Shown in pieces: positions 1 to 9,481 of a stretch of DNA of 24,000 bases. A program made the translations under genes and the position numbers. Source of the stretch: Promethearchaeota archaeon (GTDB lineage Archaea > Asgardarchaeota > Heimdallarchaeia > Hodarchaeales > Hodarchaeaceae); the NCBI GenBank assembly GCA_048939265.1, contig JBHLPQ010000005.1, positions 24,736 to 48,735 on the forward strand, read 5' to 3'. Position 1 is the stretch's first letter. Each line of letters starts with the position of its first letter. Below the pieces are notes generated by a model. That model had not been told where the DNA came from, ran no database searches, and saw nothing but the letters and a program-made list of their open reading frames with translations.

Positions 1-1
1 A

Positions 2-406
2 ATAGTGGATACACCTGGAATATTAGATCGGACTTTAGAAGAAAGAAATGAGATTGAATTACAGGCAATCGCAGCTTTGAAGACTTTAGCAACGGCTATC
101 GTATTTATATTTGATTTTACTCAAATAGATTCAATTATTTCCCAAAAAAATCTATTTAATCAGATTAATCAGAATTTCCAAGAGGTACCTACATTATTAA
201 TATGTAGTAAAGCAGACCTGTTTTCTGAGAATCAAAAAGCGGAACTTAAAATCTTCTTAGAACAAAACTTCGCACGATCTGGTTTTCAAATCTTGTCTAT
301 GAACGACAAGGAGGGAATTAAAAAGCTTCTGTTCGATTTTTATGAAGAATATCATTCTCAAATCCAAAAAATCATGAACAAGAGAAAGGTTGGAGAAAGT
401 AAATGA
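2..406 (+). CDS. NOG1-family nucleolar/ribosome-biogenesis GTPase, C-terminal part (gene truncated by window edge)
   Basis: Frame is open from nt 2 (ATA GTG GAT ACA CCT = I-V-D-T-P-G). DTPG (G3) followed by 'LEERNEIELQAIAAL' is typical of NOG1. 'ICSKADL' matches the G4 region. Confidence 0.88.
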   Translation: MVDTPGILDRTLEERNEIELQAIAALKTLATAIVFIFDFTQIDSIISQKNLFNQINQNFQEVPTLLICSKADLFSENQKAELKIFLEQNFARSGFQILSMNDKEGIKKLLFDFYEEYHSQIQKIMNKRKVGESK

Positions 407-1239
407 AGAGGTATGCGATTTGTTTGGGTTATTTACCTACACTTGACTATTCAGGATTCAGTAATCAATTACATGACCCTCAAAACATCTACACGATTGT
501 TTTCTCGGCATTTAAAAGAGCTCGATTAATCAATCTCAAGTTAGATCAACAAATACATTATTCAAGTCGTACTGATCGTGGTGTAGGAGCACTTAACCAA
601 GTTATAGCATTAAACGCTGAAAAAACGCCAATTCTATCTGAAATAAATTCATACCTCCCTGATTCAATTCGAGCATTAAGTTTCACTAATGTAAGTTCAA
701 AATTTCATCCGAGACGAGATGCACAATTACGGACTTATTCATACTTTTTAACTGTTGATGGCGATTTTAATCTCGCCCTCGCCCGTAAGGTTTTAAAAAT
801 GCTAGTAGGACGTCATGATTTTCATAATTTTGCCAAAAGAGATCCAACAAAAGAAATTAACACTGTGAAAAATCTAGAAACAGCTGATATTTCCATTGTT
901 GGTGAAGATATCTATCAAATTCGATTGTCCTCTAAATCTTTCCTCTGGCAACAAATACGGCGAATAGTTAATCATGTAATTGAAGTGTCGACAGGCATAT
1001 ACAGTTTAGAATACACCCGTCAATTACTAAGTCCAAAACCCGCAAAAATTAAACCGACTCCAGCCTCACCAGAAAATCTTATCTTAGAAGATATTCAATA
1101 TCAAGAGGTCAATTTTTATTATGACCAAAAAGCGCTTCAGTCATTTATTTACATTTTGAAAGAGCAGCTCCTGGTTGCTAAAGCGAAAACAGCGGTATTT
1201 AGTTTCATAAACAATCATTTAAAAGGTAAACTAGATTGA
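403..1239 (+). CDS. truA: tRNA pseudouridine(38-40) synthase TruA family
   Basis: 278 aa. Catalytic region 'HYSSRTDRGVGALNQVIAL', later 'GRHDFHNFAKRD' and 'FLWQQIRRIVNHVIEV'. ATGA overlap with the NOG1 stop. Confidence 0.9.
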   Translation: MKRYAICLGYLPTLDYSGFSNQLHDPQNIYTIVFSAFKRARLINLKLDQQIHYSSRTDRGVGALNQVIALNAEKTPILSEINSYLPDSIRALSFTNVSSKFHPRRDAQLRTYSYFLTVDGDFNLALARKVLKMLVGRHDFHNFAKRDPTKEINTVKNLETADISIVGEDIYQIRLSSKSFLWQQIRRIVNHVIEVSTGIYSLEYTRQLLSPKPAKIKPTPASPENLILEDIQYQEVNFYYDQKALQSFIYILKEQLLVAKAKTAVFSFINNHLKGKLD

Positions 1240-1461
1240 ATTGATTTCAAAAGTATGTGTTAAAGTTCTTATAATGCGACTCAGAGATGAAACTTGGAGA
1301 TTAAGTAGATTAGGACTGATTAAGGAAGATGAAACGACAAAATACCGCAAGTATTGGAGAATATCATCAAGTAAGGACTCAAAAACTCTGATTCAAGATT
1401 ATTTAAATCAGTATCAGGCAAAAAAGAGAGGAAGAAATGAAATACGGACCAAAGATGTTTA

Positions 1462-2805
1462 TTACGTCCCTATACGCCAGCTTGAGAGATATTTTTTTTG
1501 CTCTGAAGTCAGTTTTTCAAGTTCAATCCCGAGGGCTTCACACTTGAGATAAGCCACGTCGTTATCGATGTCATCAGGAATTTGGACAACTTTTCCTCCA
1601 AGATCTCCTAACTCTTTTTTATGTTTAACGATATGTTCGCTAGCTAAAGCTTGTAAAGAGAAACTTAAATCCATCACACTTGGTGGATGTCCCTCAGCTG
1701 CAGCTAGATTAATTAATCGTCCTTCTCCTAACAGATTTATCTTCCGTCCATCTTTCAGAGTATACTGTTCAACAAACTGCCGAATCTGGATTTTATTGGT
1801 TGCTAAGGCTTCCAATGCGGGAATGTTAATCTCAACATTGAAGTGACCGGTGTTACAAGTAACTACTCCGTCTTTCATCACTTCAAAGTGTTCTTTACGC
1901 ACCACGTCTTTACATCCTGTTGCTGTGATGATAATATCTGCGATTTGCGCTGCTTCGTGCATGGGCATCACTTCCATTCCATCCATCACTGCCTGGAGTG
2001 CCGCGTGTGGCTCTACTTCGGTTACTATCACTCTGCGTGCCCCCATTCCTTTTGCTCGGGCCGCTACTCCTTTTCCGCAATGACCGTATCCCGCAACCAC
2101 AAAGACCTTCGATGCGATCAGGTCCGCAGTTGCTCTTAGGATCCCATCGATACTGGATTGGCCAGTCCCGTACACATTGTCAAACATATTCTTACAGGGG
2201 GAGGAGTTAGTAGCCATAATAGGGTATAGTAGAGCTCCGTCATCTGCCATGGCTTGGAGACGAATGATTCCTGTAGTGGTTTCCTCTGCTCCTGCCCAAA
2301 CTCCATCAATGATATCAGTTACATCACCAATGACCTTTCTAACTATTTCTACTTCCTCATCTGTTTCCCCTCGCTTCAGTTTGTGCAGAATTGAAACTAA
2401 ATCAGCCCCATCATCGATTGTAATATGCGGTCTTGCATTAATGACATGACCAATGGCACGATAATATCCTTCAGTGTTCATAAACTTCCAAGCATATACT
2501 TGGACACCCTTTGAGACAAGGGCCGCAGTGATCTCATCTTGGGACGATAATGGATTTGAAGCACAGAGGAAGACTTCTGCCCCCCCTGCGAGCCATGCTT
2601 CACATAATTGTGATGTTTCTTTGGTAACATGGAGACAGGCTCCAATGCGTACACCTTTAAGTGGTTTTTCTTCTTCAAAACGCTTCTTTATAAGCTGTAG
2701 AACAGGCATTCGACTTGCTGCCCATTCCATGGTTTTTAATCCTTCTTCTTTAAGCGAAAAATCTCTTATTTCGTATGTTTCACCTTTTTCTGTCTGAATT
2801 GCCAA
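1462..2805 (-). CDS. ahcY: Adenosylhomocysteinase (S-adenosyl-L-homocysteine hydrolase)
   Basis: 447 aa. 'HVTKETSQLCEAWLAGGAEVFLCASNPLSSQDEITAAL', 'DDGADL', NAD-binding 'VVAGYGHCGKGVAARAKGMGARRVIVTEVEPHAALQAVMDG', 'CNTGHF'. Confidence 0.97.
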   Translation of the reverse strand: MAIQTEKGETYEIRDFSLKEEGLKTMEWAASRMPVLQLIKKRFEEEKPLKGVRIGACLHVTKETSQLCEAWLAGGAEVFLCASNPLSSQDEITAALVSKGVQVYAWKFMNTEGYYRAIGHVINARPHITIDDGADLVSILHKLKRGETDEEVEIVRKVIGDVTDIIDGVWAGAEETTTGIIRLQAMADDGALLYPIMATNSSPCKNMFDNVYGTGQSSIDGILRATADLIASKVFVVAGYGHCGKGVAARAKGMGARRVIVTEVEPHAALQAVMDGMEVMPMHEAAQIADIIITATGCKDVVRKEHFEVMKDGVVTCNTGHFNVEINIPALEALATNKIQIRQFVEQYTLKDGRKINLLGEGRLINLAAAEGHPPSVMDLSFSLQALASEHIVKHKKELGDLGGKVVQIPDDIDNDVAYLKCEALGIELEKLTSEQKKYLSSWRIGT

Positions 2806-2952
2806 TATGATATCACCATTGGAATTTTTACTGAGGTCGTAACACAGTATAGTACTGATTTTATGAATTTAATAAGCTTTAAATAAAAATAATCGCTATT
2901 ATTTTCTGATGTTCAGACATAATTACTTCGAATTAATAACCGTTGGCTAAGC

Positions 2953-3903
2953 ATGAATCCATCTAATTTTAGAAAGTCTCAAGAACAAGTCTTATTTGGA
3001 TTAACTAAACGTAAAAATCCGTCTTTACGAGGGGTTGCAGAAGAGATAGGAGTATCTTCTTCATGGTTAAGAAAACAGACCCAGAGAATGCGAAAAGAAG
3101 GTATTATCAAATCATGGCAACTCGTACTGAATCCTAGATCTTTACAACAACAAATTTTCTTTTTTCTCTTGAAAACAAATCCAAATGAACCAGAAGTCAT
3201 TACCAAGTTATTGAAAATATCCGAATTGAAGACTGATAGCGAATTAAGCGCGTTAGAGGGAATCACTGGAGATTATTCGTTGATTGGCCGATTTCACTCC
3301 CCAAATGCATCAAAATTTCTAGATTCACTTGATCATTTGTACGAACTAGTTGGAAAAACTGGGTTTCAAAAATTTCAATTGGTTGAAGTTATTAAAGCTT
3401 ATAAAGAACATGGATTGCCCTGTCCAGAACCTAGTAGATTCTTTCAATCTCAAGATGGAGAATATAAAAAAATTAAAAGGATTCAAAAAATCGGAGAAGA
3501 TTCAGAGCTTCCTCTTTCATCTTACCAGATCGCTAAAAAGTTAGGAGTGAGTCAACCAGCCATTTATCGTCAATTAAAGAAATGGAAAGATGAAAAAGTG
3601 ATCATAGGTTATTCTTTATGTTCATCTTATTGGGAAAGTAATTTTTTACACACATATGTTCATGTGAAAGCACCATTAGGAAAATATCATTCTGTAATCG
3701 ATTATTGCCTCAAGAATGATCAAGTTCTACATGTCTATAGAACAAATCAAGAATATTCTTTACTCTTAAAGACCCGTCATTCAACATTATCAGAGCTAAA
3801 TACTTTATTAAAAAACTTATACAAGCACGCTGAAGTTGAGGACACTTTAACACGACTTGTATTGGAACCTTATGATATTTCAGGAATGATTAAAACAAAA
3901 TAA
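2953..3903 (+). CDS. Tandem Lrp/AsnC-like transcriptional regulator (wHTH-RAM-like x2)
   Basis: 316 aa with two winged-helix-like segments ('SLRGVAEEIGVSSSWLRKQTQRMRKEGII' and 'SSYQIAKKLGVSQPAIYRQLKKWKDEKVIIGY'). Each is followed by a RAM-like alpha/beta stretch. Confidence 0.65.
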   Translation: MNPSNFRKSQEQVLFGLTKRKNPSLRGVAEEIGVSSSWLRKQTQRMRKEGIIKSWQLVLNPRSLQQQIFFFLLKTNPNEPEVITKLLKISELKTDSELSALEGITGDYSLIGRFHSPNASKFLDSLDHLYELVGKTGFQKFQLVEVIKAYKEHGLPCPEPSRFFQSQDGEYKKIKRIQKIGEDSELPLSSYQIAKKLGVSQPAIYRQLKKWKDEKVIIGYSLCSSYWESNFLHTYVHVKAPLGKYHSVIDYCLKNDQVLHVYRTNQEYSLLLKTRHSTLSELNTLLKNLYKHAEVEDTLTRLVLEPYDISGMIKTK

Positions 3904-3911
3904 CAATTTGA

Positions 3912-4679
3912 TCACCCTTTCGAGTCACTTGTTACTTGTAAGTACATAGTAGGACCTAAAATAGTGTACAACAGTGAAATAAAAAGAATGGCACTTAGAG
4001 TTAGGGTATTGGGAAAAATAGCAAAAATCATAACAATTATCCCACAAATTCCTATGGCTACCATATCTGGAGTTTTACCCCTTTTAGGCGTTGGATATTG
4101 TACTGTTAATATCATTAAAACCCCTGTTATCAGTGTAATCAATGTAAGGGGAAAACCATTTGGCCAAAAAACCCAAGACATTTCAGGTTGTGTTGCTAGA
4201 ATTGCACTGGATCCTATCAAGAGTGCAGCTGCAGGGGAAGGGAGACCCTCAAAATAAACGTCTGTAGGTTTTGAGGCAAAACGCATTAATCGTCCCCATC
4301 CACACAAAGAATAAAATCCTGCAACCCCCAGAGCAATAAATAAGTCTATTCCAACAATTTCATTCCCAACTAGAGGTGAATTAAGCAGCATGAAGCCAGG
4401 AAGGATGGCAAAAGTAATGACATCACTAATTGAATCAGAATAAGCTCCTAATACAGAACTGCTTGGAGCCATTTTAGCTATTCTTCCGTCTAAAAAGTCA
4501 AAAATCGCACCAAAAATTAATAACTGCATTGGTAGAAAGGGTAATTCATTTGGATAAAATTTTGAAGCAAAAATTCCAATAACACCACATAATGCATTCA
4601 AACCAGTGAATAAGAAAGCAAGAAGAGTGAATTTATTTAGTGAAGACAAAATTCTCACCGTAAGATGGATCAACTTCAA
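3912..4679 (-). CDS. pssA: CDP-alcohol phosphatidyltransferase, probable (archaetidyl/phosphatidyl)serine synthase
   Basis: 255 aa membrane protein. CDP-alcohol phosphotransferase motif 'FDFLDGRIAKMAPSSSVLGAYSDSISDVITF'. Overlaps the decarboxylase gene by 4 nt. Confidence 0.88.
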   Translation of the reverse strand: MKLIHLTVRILSSLNKFTLLAFLFTGLNALCGVIGIFASKFYPNELPFLPMQLLIFGAIFDFLDGRIAKMAPSSSVLGAYSDSISDVITFAILPGFMLLNSPLVGNEIVGIDLFIALGVAGFYSLCGWGRLMRFASKPTDVYFEGLPSPAAALLIGSSAILATQPEMSWVFWPNGFPLTLITLITGVLMILTVQYPTPKRGKTPDMVAIGICGIIVMIFAIFPNTLTLSAILFISLLYTILGPTMYLQVTSDSKG

Positions 4680-5317
4680 TTTTCTTTTAATTTAGCAATA
4701 GGAGTTTGGCCTGCGACCATTTTATCTTTTTTATTGACTAAAATATGAAATTTTTCAGCAGGAAAATGGATGTCTACTTCACTCCCATAATATATGATTC
4801 CAAGGCGATCACCTTGTTGAACTTGATTATCCACTGAAAAATAGCACGTACAGTGTCGAGCTATCATCCCAACTATCTGAACAACTAGAAATTTACCTAT
4901 AGAATTTTCAATGCGAATTATTTGACGAGTATTCTCCCTTGTACCACGTTCAATGAAAGAAATGAATGGCCAATACTTACCTTCTTGTCTATCGATTGCA
5001 GTAATATTACCAGAGATGGGACTTCGGGTTACGTGAACATTGAAGAGAGACATCCGAATCCTTATGATTCCTTCTGAAGTATCAACCTCATAAATCGTTC
5101 CATCAGCAGGAGCAAAGATAAATTGGGAATCACGATTTATCTCACGATCAGGGTCTCTGAAGAAAAAGAGATGTCCACATAATCCAATAATTAAAATGGG
5201 GATAAAAATCAATAAGGAAGGGAAAACCATACCATAGAAACCAAAAACTAGAAAAAGTGTAATTATTGATAATGTGGTATTCTCATGCTCCGAAGCTAAA
5301 GGCAGTACAGGTACCAT
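4676..5317 (-). CDS. psd: (Archaetidyl/phosphatidyl)serine decarboxylase proenzyme-like
   Basis: 213 aa. 'FFRDPDREI', 'MSLFNVHVTRSPISG', C-terminal 'GDRLGIIYYGSEVDIHFP' corresponding to the self-cleavage G-S site of the short PSD family. Confidence 0.88.
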   Translation of the reverse strand: MVPVLPLASEHENTTLSIITLFLVFGFYGMVFPSLLIFIPILIIGLCGHLFFFRDPDREINRDSQFIFAPADGTIYEVDTSEGIIRIRMSLFNVHVTRSPISGNITAIDRQEGKYWPFISFIERGTRENTRQIIRIENSIGKFLVVQIVGMIARHCTCYFSVDNQVQQGDRLGIIYYGSEVDIHFPAEKFHILVNKKDKMVAGQTPIAKLKEN

Positions 5318-5320
5318 GTA

Positions 5321-7114
5321 TCACGCAATCCCAAAATTACTCGGTTCCATCTCATTTTGAATGAAATTCCGACACTTATCATATAAATTCTCAAATTCTG
5401 TATCAAAAGACCATTTTAGGCTAGCAATTTCAGCTAAAATGGGAAGAGAAGTCATTTTTTCAAGAGATACTCCGGTATAATGGTTTTCACGCATCTTTTT
5501 GTAAAATTGCATGATTATCTTAAGCATCTTGAACTGCTTGTCTAGACTGCAAAAAGAATCATCCGAGTAGGCATTTTGTTGTAGAAAGTCTTCTCGAATC
5601 ATTTTAGCCGCTTGTAAAATAATCTTTTCTGACTCAGGTAAAGCATCAGGGCCAATAAGCTGTACTATCTCTTGTAATTCTTTTTCCTTTTGAAGAAGAG
5701 CCATTGCTTCCTCTCTGTGTTTGTTGAAGTCTGGATCGACTTTTTCATGATACCATTTCGCCAAGGAATCAATATATAGACTATAACTTTCAAGCCATGA
5801 AATTGCTGGGAAGTGTCTCGATCGAGCTAAGGGATAGCTTAATGCCCAAAAGACTCTGACAGTCTTTAATGTGTTTTGAGTTACTGGTTCAGAAAAATCT
5901 CCTCCTCCAGGAGAAACGGCACCTACTGCAGATATGCTAGCTTTATGACCAGAAAGTGTTTCAACTCTCCCTGCTCTTTCATAAAATTCTGCTATTCTAG
6001 AAGCAAGATAAGCGGGGTATCCTTCCTCTCCAGGCATTTCTTCTAAACGACCTGAAATTTCACGGAGAGCTTCGGCCCAACGACTAGTTGAATCGGCCAT
6101 TAATGCAACATCGTAACCCATATCGCGATAGTATTCAGCAATGGTTATACCTAAGTAGATAGATGCTTCTCGCGCAGCAACTGGCATATTTGAAGTATTT
6201 GCTATTAAAACAGTGCGCTGCATTAGTTTTTCTCCTGATCTTGGATCTTCTAGATCTGGAAAATCCTTTAAAACCTCAGCCATTTCGTTTCCACGCTCTC
6301 CACAACCAATATACACGACAACTGTGGCATCAGACCATTTTGCAAGTTGATGTTGACTAACGGTCTTTCCTGTACCAAATCCTCCTGGGATTGCTGCCAC
6401 TCCTCCTTTTGCTATTGGGAAAAATGTGTCATATATTCGTTGTCCTGTTATTAAGGGAATTCCTGCCTCCAACTTCCGTTTAAATGGACGGGGTTTTCTA
6501 ACTGGCCAAGTTTGTTTCATTGTTAAAGGGAGAGCAAAGGGGAATTGGCCTTCAACATCGATTTGAGCGATTGTTTCAGTTAATGAATACTCCTCAGGGT
6601 CAGCAATAGAAGCTACTTTTGCCACAGCAATTTCTGGAGGTACAATGATTCTATGATTTACCATACGGGATTCTTTCACTTCACCAATGTGCGAACCCCC
6701 TATTATCTGATCTCCTTTTTTCACCAATGGTTCAAAAAACCATTTTTTATCCAAATCTAATGGAGCAGCTGTAAGTCCACGCGTGATGAAATCGCCTTCC
6801 TCCAACTGGAGGGCTGGTAAAGGCCGTTGAATGCCATCATAAATACGAGTTATTAATCCTGGCCCAAGCTCTGCGCTCAGAGGCTTACCTGTTGCAATTG
6901 CTTCTTCCCTAGGTTTTAAACCAGTAGTTTCCTCATAAACTTGTACTGTTGAGATATGACGAGTTCCAGATTGGTTGATTCGAATGATCTCTCCTATTAA
7001 TTGTTCCTCACCAACCTTAACAATCTCATATAATTGTGCACGATTCATGCCACTAATTTCTACTACAGGACCAGAAATTCTAACAATTTTCCCTGTTTGG
7101 AGTGTTGCTGACAC
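5321..7114 (-). CDS. atpA: A/V-type ATP synthase catalytic subunit A
   Basis: 597 aa, uninterrupted (no intein). P-loop 'GGFGTGKTVSQHQLAKW', 'YIGCGERGNEMAEVLKDFPDL', 'MADSTSRWAEALREISGRLEEMPGEEGYPAYLASR'. Confidence 0.97.
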   Translation of the reverse strand: MSATLQTGKIVRISGPVVEISGMNRAQLYEIVKVGEEQLIGEIIRINQSGTRHISTVQVYEETTGLKPREEAIATGKPLSAELGPGLITRIYDGIQRPLPALQLEEGDFITRGLTAAPLDLDKKWFFEPLVKKGDQIIGGSHIGEVKESRMVNHRIIVPPEIAVAKVASIADPEEYSLTETIAQIDVEGQFPFALPLTMKQTWPVRKPRPFKRKLEAGIPLITGQRIYDTFFPIAKGGVAAIPGGFGTGKTVSQHQLAKWSDATVVVYIGCGERGNEMAEVLKDFPDLEDPRSGEKLMQRTVLIANTSNMPVAAREASIYLGITIAEYYRDMGYDVALMADSTSRWAEALREISGRLEEMPGEEGYPAYLASRIAEFYERAGRVETLSGHKASISAVGAVSPGGGDFSEPVTQNTLKTVRVFWALSYPLARSRHFPAISWLESYSLYIDSLAKWYHEKVDPDFNKHREEAMALLQKEKELQEIVQLIGPDALPESEKIILQAAKMIREDFLQQNAYSDDSFCSLDKQFKMLKIIMQFYKKMRENHYTGVSLEKMTSLPILAEIASLKWSFDTEFENLYDKCRNFIQNEMEPSNFGIA

Positions 7115-7528
7115 AATAGAATCCTTCTAATTTAATTTTATCTAACTAGTAAATTTCTGATATGAATACTTAGGGACTAGGAGCTGTTCTAACGAAAAAG
7201 ATTGATACAAACATTATCAAAGGAATAAAAAGTCATATATTAAATTAATTACTACATTTCAACGATTAAGGATTAAGTTTGGGATTTTGAGAAAAAGGAT
7301 TCGGTCAAACAGAAACCCAATCTTCAAATTATCTTCGACCATACGTCCTTTAGTTATTATATCTTCCATGATCTTAGTAGACAAAGGTACAAATATGCAA
7401 TAAAGAGAAAATCATAACATAAACACCAAGATATAGACTCAAAATTGAATATATAAGGATAAAAAGCCTTTTAAGACTCGGTTTTATCCCCAAAAGAAAT
7501 CATTTTATTTAAGAAAAAATAGGGTAAT

Positions 7529-8146
7529 TTGGATAACTTCTCTCCTGTGGTGATCCTCGAAATGACGACTAATGAAATAGATATATCTCCAGAATCACTT
7601 AAAAAAGTAGTAAAAAAGATTAAGATAGAAGAAGATCTGAAAAAATTGGAGAAAAAGAAAGAAAAGCTTAAAATTCGTGCTGAAATCGAAGAATCAGATT
7701 TCAGTGAAGAAATAAATGAGCTTGATCTGAAAATCGCAGAATTAATTAAAGAAAAAGAGCAATACGGCACATTAGAGCATCCGTTATTTGATCTGGTAAA
7801 GAAACAGAAAATCTTACAAGAACGTATTAAGAAATTAGAGGATAAAAGGCCCACAATTCAAAACTCAGTATATGAATCTCTTAAGAATGAATATTTGGGA
7901 GAAAAAGAAGCAGTAACACAACAAATTGATCAGGTTATAGATCAATTAAAAGAATTAAATCGAGGAGCTTCGAAAGGTGCTCAATCCCTAAAATATAGTA
8001 TCGAAGAACTTACTGTCCGAAAAGAGATAGAAGAAATTCCAGAAGATGTATTCAATCAGAGGATTTCGGATTTGAAGAATGAGCTAACACAATCAGAGGA
8101 ATTACTGTCAGCCACAAAGTTCCTACTAGAAATGGTGAAAGAATAA
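7529..8146 (+). CDS. Coiled-coil protein of unknown function
   Basis: 205 aa, very rich in K/E/L heptad-like repeats. Its stop codon abuts the start of the SWIM protein. Confidence 0.65.
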   Translation: MDNFSPVVILEMTTNEIDISPESLKKVVKKIKIEEDLKKLEKKKEKLKIRAEIEESDFSEEINELDLKIAELIKEKEQYGTLEHPLFDLVKKQKILQERIKKLEDKRPTIQNSVYESLKNEYLGEKEAVTQQIDQVIDQLKELNRGASKGAQSLKYSIEELTVRKEIEEIPEDVFNQRISDLKNELTQSEELLSATKFLLEMVKE

Positions 8147-8470
8147 TTGACTTCAGAATTCACAATCCGATTAAAAGAAGCAGAAGAATTAGTTGAGAAT
8201 AGTTGTGTTAAAAAATATTTAATCCGTTTGAAAAGTACCGAACACGTAGAACGATGGGTTGTTGTCGGAAACACACGAAATTACTTAATTATGGTGAATC
8301 CTTATTGGTGTCGCTGTTATGATTTTCAACATAGTGTATTGAATAACCGTGTTCCTCAATGCAAACACAACTTAGCTGTTCAAATCGCACTTCGTGACAA
8401 AAAATATGATACTTATTATCTAAATAAGGAAGAATATGATTTAATTCGTTCAGAATTCTTATTAACTTAA
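8147..8470 (+). CDS. Small SWIM zinc-finger protein
   Basis: 107 aa. 'YWCRCYDFQHSVLNNRVPQCKHNLAVQIAL' matches the CxC...CxH SWIM pattern. TTG start directly after the upstream TAA. Confidence 0.75.
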   Translation: MTSEFTIRLKEAEELVENSCVKKYLIRLKSTEHVERWVVVGNTRNYLIMVNPYWCRCYDFQHSVLNNRVPQCKHNLAVQIALRDKKYDTYYLNKEEYDLIRSEFLLT

Positions 8471-9468
8471 CCATCTCCTCTTTCAAGTACCAATATTTTC
8501 TCAAAAAGCTGAAAGAGGAAATTTTTAATAGTTTTAATTTCCAATAAGGGTGCGTTGTATCCTGCTGCGCTATCGTGTCCCCCTCCTGTCCCTCCAAACT
8601 GGTTTATTAATTCAGGGATAATATCTTTTCCAAGAGATATTCCTGTTTCTTTTGGAAGACTTGAAGTTGTACGTAAGCTGATTCGTGTTTCCTGTTTCCT
8701 ATTCGCTATGACAATAGTAATATCTCCTCCCAAAAAGATGAGTGAACGAGCTGCTGCTGCCTCAAACGAGCTCACATATGAAAATAATAAGATTTTGTCT
8801 TTAATGGTAACCCTCTTCATACGTTGAGCTGCTTTAATGCATGCTAACTTTTCTGATTGGGTACGAGAAGAAGTGAATAGTTTCATTGTATCAAGATAGA
8901 TATTTGGACTATTCTGGAGGAGAAAATTGACACAATCGAAAAGTTCGCTATCAGCGTTTAGAAATCGTCTTGTATCATAAATAATTCCTGCAAGAAGCCC
9001 TTTAATTACCTGTTTTGTAAGAGGGATTTCCTCATTGTAATACCATGATGCAATGATTTCAGTAGTTGAATAGAAAGAATTCAGTTGATAATCAAATATT
9101 ACTTCAACTTCTGGTGGTATAGGGACATGATGATCTATAATAGCAAATTGCCTTTTAGGAGTAATCAATTGAGGATCGATATAATTTGTATCAAGAAACA
9201 CAAATAATGCGGGAGGATTTACTTGGTTGACCTCAATGGTTTCTAAATGAAAATCAGAAAACTCTAATAGATTGTGTCCTAAAACGCTCAGTGTGGGTTC
9301 TAGAGTACGAATTATTAGATTAGGGTTCGTTATTTGAATTAAATGGGTTAAACCAATAGCTGCTCCAACAGCGTCAGGATCAGCTTGAGAATGCATTACT
9401 AAAACAATCATACCTTGAAAATTTCTAAGAAATTCTAAAAACATACTAGGAGAAGGAATGGGTCTCAC
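8467..9468 (-). CDS. DHH/DHHA1-family phosphoesterase
   Basis: 333 aa. 'MHSQADPDAVGAAIGL', 'FVFLDTNY', 'AIIDHH', C-terminal 'GGTGGGHDSAAGYNA'. Confidence 0.9.
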   Translation of the reverse strand: MRPIPSPSMFLEFLRNFQGMIVLVMHSQADPDAVGAAIGLTHLIQITNPNLIIRTLEPTLSVLGHNLLEFSDFHLETIEVNQVNPPALFVFLDTNYIDPQLITPKRQFAIIDHHVPIPPEVEVIFDYQLNSFYSTTEIIASWYYNEEIPLTKQVIKGLLAGIIYDTRRFLNADSELFDCVNFLLQNSPNIYLDTMKLFTSSRTQSEKLACIKAAQRMKRVTIKDKILLFSYVSSFEAAAARSLIFLGGDITIVIANRKQETRISLRTTSSLPKETGISLGKDIIPELINQFGGTGGGHDSAAGYNAPLLEIKTIKNFLFQLFEKILVLERGDG

Positions 9469-9481
9469 TTTTTTTCACCCA

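Noticed and set aside
1568-2797. Plus-strand ORFs of 70-107 aa and the minus-strand 66-aa ORF inside ahcY
   Set aside because: They are antisense or alternate-frame shadows of the strongly supported, more GC-rich ahcY gene, with no recognisable motifs.
2979-3266. 95-aa minus-strand ORF
   Set aside because: Fully antisense to the tandem Lrp-like regulator.
5321-7114. Possible intein in atpA
   Set aside because: Inteins are known in archaeal subunit A, but the 597-aa length and an intact P-loop region leave no room for one.
7471-7854. 127-aa minus-strand ORF
   Set aside because: Antisense to the coiled-coil gene. The S/F-rich sequence is typical of a shadow of an E/K-rich coding strand.
8289-8827. 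ORFs 8289..8597 (-) and 8555..8827 (+)
   Set aside because: Antisense to the SWIM and DHH genes. The motifs belong to the opposite strand.
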